From assembly GCA_020696385.1 (NCBI GenBank), contig JAEHCQ010000005.1, forward strand, positions 40,311 to 104,310: DNA of 64,000 bases. Reading direction: 5' to 3'. This document shows, piece after piece, positions 53,148-63,533 of this stretch (positions are counted from its first letter, which is position 1; the number at the start of each line of letters is the position of its first letter). A model generated the notes under the pieces. The model searched no databases, was not told the DNA's origin, and saw nothing but the letters and a program-made list of their open reading frames with translations. This DNA comes from Methanobacteriota archaeon. GTDB taxonomy: Archaea > Thermoplasmatota > Thermoplasmata > SG8-5 > JAGLSY01. A program made the position numbers and the translations under genes.

Positions 53148-54194
53148 ATGAGGAAATTGGTTACGTTCGGAATAGTAAGTCTTCTTATCATATCCAGCCT
53201 ATTGCTTCTTTCAAGTTCTGTTATCATTGGCCAGGAGGAATATGTACCTCGCTCCAATGATTATTCATATTATGAAGTGGCGGTCGATCCACCAGACGGC
53301 CAAATAGCCTATCCAGTCATCAATTATTCGGTTTCACGCAACTCGGCCTTTGTTTCATTATTCGATGAAATAGGCATGGATAATTTCGGCGCTGGCCAGG
53401 ATTATATAGAGAACTACACAACATATTCGCACGAGGATGAATATGGTTCCCTTGTCATCCACGAGTCGCCAACCACAGCCATCGAGTTCGATTCGGATGT
53501 GGAGAACAGCCTGTATTTCACACTATCCAGAGAGACAGGCGCATTGAAAAGCGGGAATTCCGTCCTTGTTGGTAACGAGGACGTTAGCGGGACCTTCATA
53601 ATGCAGGGAGATGCAAGAGCCAATATCCTGGGAAGAACACTCACATTCACCCTGGGAGATGGTGGCAGGGTGATCTTCAGAGCCAGTCCGGAGGGAGAAG
53701 CCGTGATAGGTGAGGCTATATCCGACGGAAAGGTAGGTGGCGAGATATTCATTTCAGATGACGGTTACAGTCTGCTGGAGGACATCGTGGCCTTTGACGG
53801 TCTCACGATGCAGACGATAGCCGCAGATCCCGAGATAGACCTGAAGGTCGCGGGGGAACTGGAAGGCGGCAGTGTGATCGTCGTCCACGTGGATAAAGAG
53901 ATACTGAAATTCGATTCCATCGAAGACATGGGTGTCCAGGTAGATGGAATTTATATCAAACAGGGAAATGGCCTCAGCGAGACCCTTTATGAGGACGGAG
54001 ACGGCCATGTTTACTTCATCACGGAGAACGAATACGGATACGATGTAGTAATATATCTTTCACATTTCTCAGATCATATGATAACAATAGGAAGTGCGGA
54101 GCAAAGTATTGGAATAGATGGGTATGCTACCTTTTTATCGGCGCTTGCGATGGTGGGCATCGCCGCCGTTGCCTTGATCTACAACAGAGATTGA
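53148..54194 (+). CDS. Secreted or surface protein with C-terminal TM anchor
   Basis: Signal peptide; HFS.H.I.I motif; terminal hydrophobic helix. Confidence 0.65.
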   Translation: MRKLVTFGIVSLLIISSLLLLSSSVIIGQEEYVPRSNDYSYYEVAVDPPDGQIAYPVINYSVSRNSAFVSLFDEIGMDNFGAGQDYIENYTTYSHEDEYGSLVIHESPTTAIEFDSDVENSLYFTLSRETGALKSGNSVLVGNEDVSGTFIMQGDARANILGRTLTFTLGDGGRVIFRASPEGEAVIGEAISDGKVGGEIFISDDGYSLLEDIVAFDGLTMQTIAADPEIDLKVAGELEGGSVIVVHVDKEILKFDSIEDMGVQVDGIYIKQGNGLSETLYEDGDGHVYFITENEYGYDVVIYLSHFSDHMITIGSAEQSIGIDGYATFLSALAMVGIAAVALIYNRD

Positions 54195-54809
54195 GGCCTC
54201 AGCCAGATCCTCTTTATTGGGTCTACCATGCTTGCAATACAACCGTACTACATCCCTAGCTAGAGCCATAGCTCCAGGTCGGAATAGCATATGGGATGTT
54301 ACCTTTATCTTGTAAATATATAATTTGTACTTGCCGATCTCCAGATCCCCATAGACCCTGAACTCATCGTCTGGATCGGCATAAAAAGCCTCGGCCTTGG
54401 TAGTGCGCCCGAGATTGATGGATACCTTGACAAGAAGTTCATTGAAATATCTCGTCCAGAGAGTGCTGATATCCTCGACAAGAGCTTTATTCTTCCTCTT
54501 GTCATCGACCTCGATGCTCATGACCTGGATGCAAGTATCGCCGATCATGATCTCATCCCCTATCCTGAGCTCATGGCCAATCGGAAGCTCCACGGTGGTC
54601 TTTGTGGATTCCTCGAGCCTGCTGATGATAGTTCGAATTGACACCAACTTGGGGATCTCCACATCCAGATCAAAGCCCTTCTCACACTTCGAGCATTTGA
54701 GAACGGCCTTAACTATGTGCTTGCCAGACATTCTGCTCTTGATAACTCTACAGATAGATTCCTCGCCGCAGAAAGTGCATTTGGCATACAGGGATGATGG
54801 TATCTCCAT
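54135..54809 (-). CDS. HVO_0476-like zinc-finger protein
   Basis: CTFC...CSKC followed by duplicated beta domains; TLW motif. Confidence 0.7.
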   Translation of the reverse strand: MEIPSSLYAKCTFCGEESICRVIKSRMSGKHIVKAVLKCSKCEKGFDLDVEIPKLVSIRTIISRLEESTKTTVELPIGHELRIGDEIMIGDTCIQVMSIEVDDKRKNKALVEDISTLWTRYFNELLVKVSINLGRTTKAEAFYADPDDEFRVYGDLEIGKYKLYIYKIKVTSHMLFRPGAMALARDVVRLYCKHGRPNKEDLAEASISVVDQGNGGDAHHRKRR

Positions 54810-54847
54810 GTTACGGGTGATTCGAAAGGGGTTTAAAATGGCTTCTA

Positions 54848-55489
54848 TCACTCAAGGCTCTTTAATATCTCCATCGCCGCAGCCTTTGGGTCCTCAGCAT
54901 TGTAGATACTCCTTCCCACAATTATGAAATCCGCTCCCGCGTCGATTGTTGCCTTGGCAGATCCACCCTGAGCCCCAACTCCCGGGCTCAGTATCAGAAG
55001 ATCTTCGACGATAACACGCAACTGGCTGATCCTTTCTGGCCTGGTAGCTGGCGCTATTATTCCGGTCGCTCCAACATCGAAGGCTCGCCTTGCCATGACA
55101 TCCGCCACTGGTTTTATGAACCACTTCGCACCTGGATGGCTCATCTCGGCCACCACATAAACGTCTATTCCATCCGCGGCCTTGATACAGGCTTCCATTG
55201 AATCCATGCCAACAAATGCATGGATTATAACTCCACTGGCTCCTGCCTTGACCACTTGCTCCACTATCAGACGGCTGGTATTGTCAATATCCGCGATTTT
55301 GAAGTCGCAGATAACGGGCCCAAACTTTGCTATCTCGGTAACGATCTCCATCCCACAGCTGAGTACCAGAGGATAATTGATCTTGTAGGCATCCACCATT
55401 CCTTCCAGATTGGCAGCTACCTTCAAGGCTTTCTCTCTCTCCAGCATATCCATGGCGACTATCAGTCTTGTGCGTGGTGTCAGGGTCAT
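54848..55489 (-). CDS. pyrF: Orotidine-5'-phosphate decarboxylase
   Basis: DFKIADI, MSHPG, PGVGAQGG, VGRSI motifs. Confidence 0.95.
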   Translation of the reverse strand: MTLTPRTRLIVAMDMLEREKALKVAANLEGMVDAYKINYPLVLSCGMEIVTEIAKFGPVICDFKIADIDNTSRLIVEQVVKAGASGVIIHAFVGMDSMEACIKAADGIDVYVVAEMSHPGAKWFIKPVADVMARRAFDVGATGIIAPATRPERISQLRVIVEDLLILSPGVGAQGGSAKATIDAGADFIIVGRSIYNAEDPKAAAMEILKSLE

Positions 55490-55595
55490 GCCAGAGCATA
55501 ATGTGAGAAAGATATAAAGATTTACGGTTTGCCACGATATCACTCAGGCAAAAGGTTTTTTATCCCGCCCTGTATTGAGGGCTTCGATGACCATA

Positions 55596-56861
55596 ATGGC
55601 AGAGGCGAAATCCGGCATCACCGACCTCATCAGGCAGGTGGCCGCGGACGAGAAGATGGACCCAGAAAAATTGCGCAGGGCAGTAGCGGCTGGCTACGTT
55701 GTTATTCCCAATAACCCCATACACAACCCCATTCCAAAAGGTATCGGAGAAGGGTGCAGCATCAAGGTGAATGTGAACCTTGGCACATCCGAGGATTGTA
55801 TGGATGTGGAAGAGGAGCTGGAGAAAGCTCGAGTCGCAATGAAATTCGGAGCAGATGCCATCATGGATCTGAGCACCGGAGGAGATGTGGATGCGATCCG
55901 CGCCCGCATCATGAAAGAAGTTAATATTCCGATCGGAACGGTTCCGATTTACCAGGCGGGATTGGAGATGGCCAGGAAATGCTCTGTCGTGGATATGACA
56001 GAGGATATGATCTTCAATGGCATCGAGAAGCATGCGAAGGACGGCGTGGACTTCATGACGGTTCACACGGGCATAACCAAGGAAAGCATAGGCCGATTGA
56101 AGAAATGCGGCCGACTTACAGACATAGTCAGCCGTGGCGGCTCCTTCCTGACAGCGTGGATACTTGCCAATGACATGGAGAACCCCCTTTACGAGAATTT
56201 CGATTATCTACTGGAACTGGCTCAGAAATACGAGTTCACCCTCAGCCTGGGAGATGGGCTGAGGCCAGGCAGTATTGCTGATGCGACCGATGGTCCTCAG
56301 CTCCAAGAGCTCATCATCCTGGGCGAGTGCGTCCAGAGAGCCCGCGAGGCAAATGTACAGACAATGGTTGAAGGCCCTGGTCATGTCCCGCTCAATCAAA
56401 TAGAGGCAAATATGATCATCGAGAAGACCATATGCAAGAACGCACCCTTCTATGTTCTGGGCCCGTTGGTAACAGATATCGCACCCGGATACGACCACAT
56501 CGTGGGAGCGATCGGGGGCGCACTGGCTGCCTACCATGGCGCGGATTTCCTGTGCTATGTGACTCCTGCTGAACATCTATGTCTTCCAAATGTTGAGGAT
56601 GTCAAGATCGGAACTATCACCAGTAAGATAGCGGCTCACGCGGCCGATGTCGCGAAAGGTCGCGGTATGGAGCGCGATAATGCAATATCTCAGGGCAGGA
56701 AGGATCTTGATTGGGAAGCGATCTACAAGAATTCCATCGATCCAGAGCATGCTCGCAAGAGGCGCGGAGACAGAGAGCCAGGAGAAGAGGATGTCTGCTC
56801 GATGTGTGGGGAATATTGTGCGATTAAATTGATCAAAGAACATATGGATGATGAAATTTAA
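55596..56861 (+). CDS. thiC: Phosphomethylpyrimidine synthase (ThiC family)
   Basis: MDLSTGG, GTVPIYQ, SRGGS, EGPGHVP, PGYDH, CSMCGEYC motifs; a Bza-type paralog is not excluded. Confidence 0.88.
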   Translation: MAEAKSGITDLIRQVAADEKMDPEKLRRAVAAGYVVIPNNPIHNPIPKGIGEGCSIKVNVNLGTSEDCMDVEEELEKARVAMKFGADAIMDLSTGGDVDAIRARIMKEVNIPIGTVPIYQAGLEMARKCSVVDMTEDMIFNGIEKHAKDGVDFMTVHTGITKESIGRLKKCGRLTDIVSRGGSFLTAWILANDMENPLYENFDYLLELAQKYEFTLSLGDGLRPGSIADATDGPQLQELIILGECVQRAREANVQTMVEGPGHVPLNQIEANMIIEKTICKNAPFYVLGPLVTDIAPGYDHIVGAIGGALAAYHGADFLCYVTPAEHLCLPNVEDVKIGTITSKIAAHAADVAKGRGMERDNAISQGRKDLDWEAIYKNSIDPEHARKRRGDREPGEEDVCSMCGEYCAIKLIKEHMDDEI

Positions 56862-56900
56862 TCGAACAATATTGAGCTTGTTGCAAAGCAACATGCTCCC

Positions 56901-56948
56901 TATTGTGCAATTAAGCTGATAAAGGAACATATGGATGAAGATAAATAG
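56901..56948 (+). repeat. Orphan alternative 3' tail of thiC after a hairpin
   Basis: YCAIKLIKEHMDEDK* versus YCAIKLIKEHMDDEI* (56814-56861); hairpin at 56874-56898. Confidence 0.92.
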
Positions 56949-57098
56949 ATAGCCTGGCTGTAATATTATAATATAATAATATAAATGCAATTATATTAGA
57001 GTTTTATATTAAAACAAATATATTGACATAAAAATATTATATTGTATATAAATATAATGTGTATGCATATAATTATCAAATAAGTATTAACAATAAAA

Positions 57099-58130
57099 TC
57101 ATCCAGTGATGATCTTCAGATATTCGCCTTCCGTCATCATATCTATGCCATCAACTATTATCGAACACTTCAACATCAACAGATCGATATGATGGTGGCA
57201 TGACCATGTGGCGCCTGTCTTCTCGTGGTATGGATCTCCAAAGGCCACATGTATCGTTGGCAACTTCTCATCCTGAAGGATATTACCAACTATCTTCTCA
57301 AGGAATATATTGGTGCCTATGCCAAGCTCTCCAACCCTGGATGCACATGGCTCGCTATTGATGTACTTTGTGAAATCCTCAAGAAGTTCCTTGTTCTCAC
57401 ACTCGCAATAGGTGACATATGATCCACCATCCCGGGTCTCGACATCTATGATCAAAGGAGTCTCGGAGAAATCAACGATCTCATTGTATTTCTCGCCAAG
57501 CCAGTCACCAACCGTACCATCGACCACAAGTCTACCCTCAAGGGTAAGTGGAGCCGTGAATACCTCACCGGATGGGAGATTATCCCATTCTCCGGTCTTG
57601 GTGACCACGCCGGAGCATGGTATCCATTTCATTGAAGGATCCAGCCTTGCAATGAAGTCCGTACCTGCAGGTGATGTGACGCGTATCTCATCCGCATCCT
57701 TCACCATCCTGTAGACATTTTCAGTGATCTTCTGGACCACTTCATAATCAACACACATGCCGGATTCCATTATTTCATTGGAAACACCGACCATGTGCGC
57801 ATGTCGTGCTTTGGCCTTTATAAGTTTTAAGAAGGGTTCCCTGAGTGTTGCCAATTCCCCTTCACGGGCACCAGCAACGAAAAAAGTGACGGTTGCCTTC
57901 AATATTGCCTCTCTAAGTCCGTCTGGCATCTGTTTAAGAGGGCGGCCTCCATAAGATGGTAGGTCCACATTGAAAAATCTGACATGGTTGGTTATCTCGA
58001 GAGATGCCTTTCTGAGCGCGATACCAATATCCTTACTATCCTCGTCAGCAACTATAAGGACATAATCCTCTGGCTTCACGACCATACACTTTTCGACAGC
58101 GATCTTTGCACCTTGCTCAATAGGAACCAT
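57099..58130 (-). CDS. M29-like thermophilic aminopeptidase
   Basis: GTD, NLPSGEVF, GELGIGTN, DEK..TIHVAFG, HID motifs. Confidence 0.85.
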   Translation of the reverse strand: MVPIEQGAKIAVEKCMVVKPEDYVLIVADEDSKDIGIALRKASLEITNHVRFFNVDLPSYGGRPLKQMPDGLREAILKATVTFFVAGAREGELATLREPFLKLIKAKARHAHMVGVSNEIMESGMCVDYEVVQKITENVYRMVKDADEIRVTSPAGTDFIARLDPSMKWIPCSGVVTKTGEWDNLPSGEVFTAPLTLEGRLVVDGTVGDWLGEKYNEIVDFSETPLIIDVETRDGGSYVTYCECENKELLEDFTKYINSEPCASRVGELGIGTNIFLEKIVGNILQDEKLPTIHVAFGDPYHEKTGATWSCHHHIDLLMLKCSIIVDGIDMMTEGEYLKIITG

Positions 58131-58269
58131 CAGTCTTCCGTAAAATGGAACTAATATATAACACTTCCACCAAACAATTTTATAGTCGCCAGGCATAAAT
58201 AATAATATTAACAATATTAAGGAATATGGGATAATTTTAAATCGTTTTCCGGGATGTACAATTGATATT

Positions 58270-58641
58270 ATGCCACCACTTGGATTGATGACCTATGGAT
58301 ATGACGAAGGATCTGCAAAGAACGTCCAGAGCATGCTGGAAGCCATGCTGGGCTCAGAAATTGTGATCATCGGGGCATCGAATAAGGATGATACACTCGT
58401 CAGCCAGATACTGGAAGAAGGTCCGAATTCATCCACTTTTGAAGATCATCAGAATAAGATGTTGATGCTCCTTGGATTCGATGATGAGCAGGTCAAGATA
58501 CTATTGAAGAATTTCCCAAAAAAGGAGCGGCCTATATTTTGTGGGTTGACCGATGAGAACATCAAATGGGATATGAAATATTTGATGAAGCATCTTCTGG
58601 AAGAAAAGAAATACTGGGAATCGCAGGGAAAGCGCAACTGA
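58270..58641 (+). CDS. DUF3783-like protein
   Basis: PIFCGLT..N.KW...L..EE motif. Confidence 0.7.
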   Translation: MPPLGLMTYGYDEGSAKNVQSMLEAMLGSEIVIIGASNKDDTLVSQILEEGPNSSTFEDHQNKMLMLLGFDDEQVKILLKNFPKKERPIFCGLTDENIKWDMKYLMKHLLEEKKYWESQGKRN

Positions 58642-58702
58642 TCGAACTGATCGGTAATGAATTTCAACTCATCCGTTCCAGGCCTATTTTTCAGACAATG
58701 GC

Positions 58703-59557
58703 TTATTCAATAGGCAGAGTTTCTTCAGGATCCTCAGGCGGTTGGCCAACCGCTTGTGGCTGTTGCGGTTGTTGTGGCTGCTGCGGTTGGGCTGGTTGAA
58801 TGGGTTGAGTAGGTTGATCAGGTCTTTGATACATCGGCTGCTGGTATGCTTGCGGGTTAACAGGTTGTTGTGCCATGGGCGGATGCATGGGTTGAAGCGG
58901 GTGCGCCTGCTGCTTTTCCTTTTTCTTTCGGTCATTGTATATCGCGATGACAACAATAACGACCAGTATCAGAAGACCGATACCTCCCATGATCACCAAT
59001 CCATCCACAAGACCATCAAAGGGATCGTCCAACCAAAAATCTGCATTTGCATATTCAAAGGTCATATCCACTACAACCACACCCACAGAGTTTGCATCAT
59101 CAGGGGTGATAGCACAATTTCGATTGTCAATGATTATGAATATCGCATCATCAGGCATATCGTAATAATTCTCCGAGGTCTCAAACTCATAATTTATACG
59201 AACACGGGACACATCTTCCACGGATCCTGGCTTGTATGATATCGCTCTTGGCTCGGTATCATTATCAGAAGGTGAATAATCCCCATAATAGTATGTGGAA
59301 TATGGGTAAGCATTATCTACCTGATTATAGGACATGACATAAACATCGATATTTCCCCCATCGGTCACTGTTATATTGATCCATACTTCGCCATATTCCC
59401 AGGCATCATACGGGCCAGCCACATAGAAGCTATCATCACCGATGTAAATGGTATCTCCTTCAACTGGCTGGGCGGATGAATTACCAGATATTACAATACC
59501 TATTGAAGCACTTATTATCAAAGCAAGCACGATATAACTATAAATTCTTCCCTTCAT
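58703..59557 (-). CDS. Single-pass membrane protein with Pro/Gln-rich cytoplasmic tail
   Basis: Signal peptide, TM helix, (QQP)n low-complexity tail. Confidence 0.7.
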   Translation of the reverse strand: MKGRIYSYIVLALIISASIGIVISGNSSAQPVEGDTIYIGDDSFYVAGPYDAWEYGEVWINITVTDGGNIDVYVMSYNQVDNAYPYSTYYYGDYSPSDNDTEPRAISYKPGSVEDVSRVRINYEFETSENYYDMPDDAIFIIIDNRNCAITPDDANSVGVVVVDMTFEYANADFWLDDPFDGLVDGLVIMGGIGLLILVVIVVIAIYNDRKKKEKQQAHPLQPMHPPMAQQPVNPQAYQQPMYQRPDQPTQPIQPAQPQQPQQPQQPQAVGQPPEDPEETLPIE

Positions 59558-59691
59558 GAAGGAATATCACATAATAGAGATATAAGCCTTTGGAATAAAT
59601 GGGAATAACCTGAATATAGGCAAATGATGGATCTGAAAACTCAGCTCGGTTAAACCATCGGCCAGCTCCATGAAATTATGTTCGGGATTGC

Positions 59692-59915
59692 TTAGAATTT
59701 CTTAGATATCTCGTCCAGCACACTCTCGAATATAGCCATTCCATCCCCGAGTCCAGTTGGGAATGCTCTTGTCCAGTCCGGGTGCATTTCCCTGTCCATA
59801 ACTCTCTCCGGGTGCGGCATCATTCCAAACACATTACCCTGCGGATTACAGATACCAGCCACATTCTTTTCGGAGCCATTTGGATTCCAGAGATACCCGG
59901 CATAACTTCCATCGG
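59692..59915 (-). pseudogene. Orphan allelic copy of the purQ 3' end (224 bp)
   Basis: Colinear with 60017-60240; mostly synonymous differences; YPWN changed to YLWN. Confidence 0.92.
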
Positions 59916-59920
59916 AAGCC

Positions 59921-60008
59921 TTTTCTTTTATCCTCGCTGTGCTGGCCGGGCTCCAAAAGAACAAGTATTCCATTGCAAAAGAAAACTCGCCCGGCGCTGC
60001 TCGCTCGG
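59921..60008 (-). mobile_element. Minimal version of the structured mini-element
   Basis: TTTTCTTTTA-CCTCGCTGTGCTGG..CGGGCTCC ... AAAAGAAA..TCGCCCG..CTGCTC.CTCGG shared with 514-727. Confidence 0.6.
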
Positions 60009-60016
60009 AGATCTAC

Positions 60017-60850
60017 TCAGAATCTTTTCGATATCTCGTCCAGCACACTCTCGAATATAGCCATTCCATCCCCGAGTCCAGTTGGGAATGCTCTTGTCCA
60101 ATCTGGATGCATTTCACGATCCATAACTCTCTCAGGGTGCGGCATCATACCAAACACATTACCCCGTGGATTACAGATGCCAGCCACATTCTTTTCTGAG
60201 CCATTTGGATTCCAGGGATACCCGGCATAACTGCCATCGGGATCGACATATGAGAATACAAGCATGTCTTTCTCAGCCAGCTTTTTGTAAGCGATATCAA
60301 CTTCCGCTGAAGGGAAGATAAGCTTCCCTTCAGCGTGAGCAGATGGACACATCAGAACATCGCCCTCTGGTATCTTGGAAGTGAACATGCAATTACCCTT
60401 GTTCTCATGCTTCAGAAGTGTTGGTCGGCATTCGAATCTGGAAGAATCATTGGTAGTCAAAACTGCCTGAGGAACATCGGCCATTATCTCATCGAAGCCA
60501 GGTAGCAGACCCAGTTCGACCAATACCTGGAAGCCATTGCAGATCCCAAGGACAGCCTTTCCTTCATTCACAAAGGCTTTCAGATCATCCTTCAATCCAG
60601 CCTTCATACGAGCTGCCCATATAGCACCAGCACGAACATAATCACCGGATGAAAAGCCACCAGGGATCATCAGAATATGATAATCAGCCAAGCTTCTCTT
60701 CTCATCATCAGTGACATCCTGGCCGAGAAACTGTTTAAGGTGCACGATCTCTGGTTGTGCGCCCAGTCTCTTGAATGCCTGGAATGACTCCTGCTCGCAA
60801 TTGGTTCCCTCTATCCTCAGAACGCAGACTTTGATATCCTCGATGTTCAT
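60017..60850 (-). CDS. purQ: Phosphoribosylformylglycinamidine synthase subunit PurQ
   Basis: GTNC, PGGFS.GD, GICNGFQ, AHAEG, NPNGS, MMPHPER motifs. Confidence 0.96.
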   Translation of the reverse strand: MNIEDIKVCVLRIEGTNCEQESFQAFKRLGAQPEIVHLKQFLGQDVTDDEKRSLADYHILMIPGGFSSGDYVRAGAIWAARMKAGLKDDLKAFVNEGKAVLGICNGFQVLVELGLLPGFDEIMADVPQAVLTTNDSSRFECRPTLLKHENKGNCMFTSKIPEGDVLMCPSAHAEGKLIFPSAEVDIAYKKLAEKDMLVFSYVDPDGSYAGYPWNPNGSEKNVAGICNPRGNVFGMMPHPERVMDREMHPDWTRAFPTGLGDGMAIFESVLDEISKRF

Positions 60851-60937
60851 GGTAGATACTCCTATGTGGGGGTGAAATACGGCATAGGAATTAAGGGTTT
60901 TGATACCCCACCTGAAGCCAAGTGCGGGTTAGGGAGA

Positions 60938-62587
60938 TTATACGATCTTCTGCTTTTTTAATACAAGTATTAAGACGACTATTGCAAGTATTATACAAAT
61001 AACAATTAGAGCAGTATTGCTGCCATTACTGCTAGCCGGAGCATTGTATGGATCGGGATCTTCAAAATCAAGTATTCCATCATTATCATCGTCTGTGTCT
61101 TTATTGTTGCCTATCCCATCCCCGTCTGAATCTGTATCTTCATCAGGATTAAGTGGTAAAGCATCTAAGGAATCTATAACACCATCATTGTCATCATCGG
61201 TGTCCATCCAGTCTTGAGAATTAATTTCATCTCCATCTGGTGTTCTATCGCCATCACTGTCACGTGGATGTCTATCTCCATCTCTTGGATCAGTTCCCAA
61301 ATATTCCTCCCAGATATCCTTGAAGCCATCATTATCATCGTCTGGATCAGATGTATCTCCAATACCATCCCCATCAAAATCATCATCTGTTGGTCCTTCC
61401 AAATTGCCAGAGAACACATTATTCATGGTATTGGTAGCATTGGAGAAACTTAATACCATTCCACACAGATTATCTGATATTACATTATTCATAATTGCAG
61501 CTCCATCTGATAATATTAATGAGATCCCATACCAGGTATTATTGGATATCTCATTATCGAGGATACTGCATCTATCTGAACTCTGTAATGATACCCCATA
61601 ATATCTGTTTGAATTAATTATGTTTCTCTCGATAATAGTCAGATCTGAGTTAGAAATGGAAAGCCCATTTCCAAAGTCATTATCCGATATGTCATTATTT
61701 TTAATTTCATTACTATTGGAATTTTTGATTGATATCTGTATGGGGGCTGGATGGCTTGAGACTATATTTGAATGAGAGGCTACTATATCTATGTGTTCAA
61801 CAGTATTACCTGCTATGAGGTTATCATCAGACCCCTCTAATTTGATGCCTTGGCTCCTATAGTCTGAAGCAATATTGTTTTTAATGGTATTGTTGTTTGC
61901 TGAAATTAAATAAATACTAAATTCATTGTTAACAAAAGTATTGTTTTCAATAATATTATCATAACCTATGACTTTAATACCATTCCCAGAGCTCTCTGCT
62001 ATATTATTTAGTTTTATTATATTATGATTTCCTTGAGCCATAATACCATGATCACCTCTTTCACCGTCATCAACTCCATTGGAAGAGATTGTATTTTGAA
62101 TGATCTGAATATAATTTGAATTAGTCATACTTATCCCGTCCTTATTATTAGATGTGATCGAATTGTTAGTAATAGTGATATTATTCGAAAAATAAACTTC
62201 AATGCCAGCTCCATTATAATTAGAAGAAATGTTATTATTTTCAATTACTCCATTTTCAGTATTATAAAGATATAATCCAACATTTCCATAATACAGGCTA
62301 TCAATCCCACTTGCCTGATGCAAATAACAATCTCGAATTATAAAATGATCTGTAGTATTACCAATAAAAATACAGTCCCCTTTGCTGATTCCATTGATAT
62401 CAAATCCTTCAATTATCCATGGATTCAGTTGGGTGCCATTTCCTGGAAAACCTTTAATAGAGAATTCATAATTATTTTTTATTCTGATCGGTACATGGTC
62501 AGTATATCCTTCAGTTGGTTGCGGGATTACAATAAATACTGTAAAACACATCATTAAAATTATCACTGTTGATATAATCCTTTTCAT
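60938..62587 (-). CDS. Membrane-anchored NosD/CASH beta-helix surface protein with TSP3-like repeats
   Basis: Signal peptide, NNxI repeats, DxDxDG repeats, C-terminal TM; AT-rich. Confidence 0.8.
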   Translation of the reverse strand: MKRIISTVIILMMCFTVFIVIPQPTEGYTDHVPIRIKNNYEFSIKGFPGNGTQLNPWIIEGFDINGISKGDCIFIGNTTDHFIIRDCYLHQASGIDSLYYGNVGLYLYNTENGVIENNNISSNYNGAGIEVYFSNNITITNNSITSNNKDGISMTNSNYIQIIQNTISSNGVDDGERGDHGIMAQGNHNIIKLNNIAESSGNGIKVIGYDNIIENNTFVNNEFSIYLISANNNTIKNNIASDYRSQGIKLEGSDDNLIAGNTVEHIDIVASHSNIVSSHPAPIQISIKNSNSNEIKNNDISDNDFGNGLSISNSDLTIIERNIINSNRYYGVSLQSSDRCSILDNEISNNTWYGISLILSDGAAIMNNVISDNLCGMVLSFSNATNTMNNVFSGNLEGPTDDDFDGDGIGDTSDPDDDNDGFKDIWEEYLGTDPRDGDRHPRDSDGDRTPDGDEINSQDWMDTDDDNDGVIDSLDALPLNPDEDTDSDGDGIGNNKDTDDDNDGILDFEDPDPYNAPASSNGSNTALIVICIILAIVVLILVLKKQKIV

Positions 62588-62708
62588 TTTTCCACCTCTC
62601 TTCCATGACGGCCATCCCTTAACTAGCTTATTAGTTGTGGGCATTCCTCCACTCGCATAAGTGAATCGAAAGTCTCACTTATATGACTTTCGTTGAGTGT
62701 ATTGGATT

Positions 62709-63461
62709 TCAGCTATTCTTATTCCCACCAGAACTGTCAGCCGCTATATGCAGGAAATTCTCAAGGTGGCTTGCCAGATATTCATTGTCGGTGAATCCGC
62801 AGGTCTCCAGATCCGGCGAAGCAATGAGCGCACTGTGACTGTCCACAATGACATCCGTCGCAATGAGGCCATTCTTCCGGGTCACATTCACATCGGGGAA
62901 CACCTTCTGGCCATGAGGCGTGAGAATGGTGATCACCACACCTCGCTTCTGCGCAGATACCACCTTCTTGTCCAGCTTCTGCCTGAACTCCGACATATTG
63001 GGTGTGGACATCATGAAAGTCTCTGTCGCTTTGTCCAGCATCTCACTTATCCTATCGATGACCTTTGTTTTTCCAGTTATCGTGTAAATGAGCTGGGGCA
63101 TGCCCTGCTCCTTCAGAATCTCTCGAATGGACTCCAACTTGCTGAAAGTATCCTCGAGGCGGGTGATTATCTGCCCACCTATCTTCCGGGGTTCCTCGGG
63201 TCGGTATAATCGAGGCCTACCCTCACCAGCATGGGCGAAGCCCTTTTCTTCAAGGGTATCGAGAACTTTGTAAGCCGAAGTTCTCGGTATCTGGGCCGTT
63301 GTCGCAATGGTATCCGCATCCGATACGCCATGCGCGACAAGTGCGATGTACGCCCGGGCCTCATAATCCGACAGACCCAGTAATGCCAAATCGGCAGATA
63401 TTAGTCGATATTCCTCCATGAGGGTTTCATTGCTCTGGCTTATTACATCCACGATATCCAT
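62709..63461 (-). CDS. TrmB-family transcriptional regulator
   Basis: GLSDYEARAY, IPRTSAYKVL..L..KG, GRP..Y motifs. Confidence 0.88.
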   Translation of the reverse strand: MDIVDVISQSNETLMEEYRLISADLALLGLSDYEARAYIALVAHGVSDADTIATTAQIPRTSAYKVLDTLEEKGFAHAGEGRPRLYRPEEPRKIGGQIITRLEDTFSKLESIREILKEQGMPQLIYTITGKTKVIDRISEMLDKATETFMMSTPNMSEFRQKLDKKVVSAQKRGVVITILTPHGQKVFPDVNVTRKNGLIATDVIVDSHSALIASPDLETCGFTDNEYLASHLENFLHIAADSSGGNKNS

Positions 63462-63533
63462 AATATTACCTTTGTCGCGGTTATCGCTACAAAACACTTA
63501 AGTCTTTTCCTTAGATATACATTAGTGATTCTT

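Noticed and set aside
54135-54194. 60-bp convergent overlap of two genes
   Set aside because: Probably simple stop-codon drift in a low-constraint tail; no further signal.
58755-58800. Degenerate 9-bp repeats
   Set aside because: They encode the (QQP)n low-complexity protein tail.
59692-59973. 93-aa ORF as a real purQ paralog
   Set aside because: Its N-terminus is read from the hairpin element and it lacks the catalytic Cys region.
56814-60240. Diversity-generating retroelement TR/VR pairs (thiC, purQ)
   Set aside because: Differences are mostly synonymous and not adenine-specific, and no reverse transcriptase is present.
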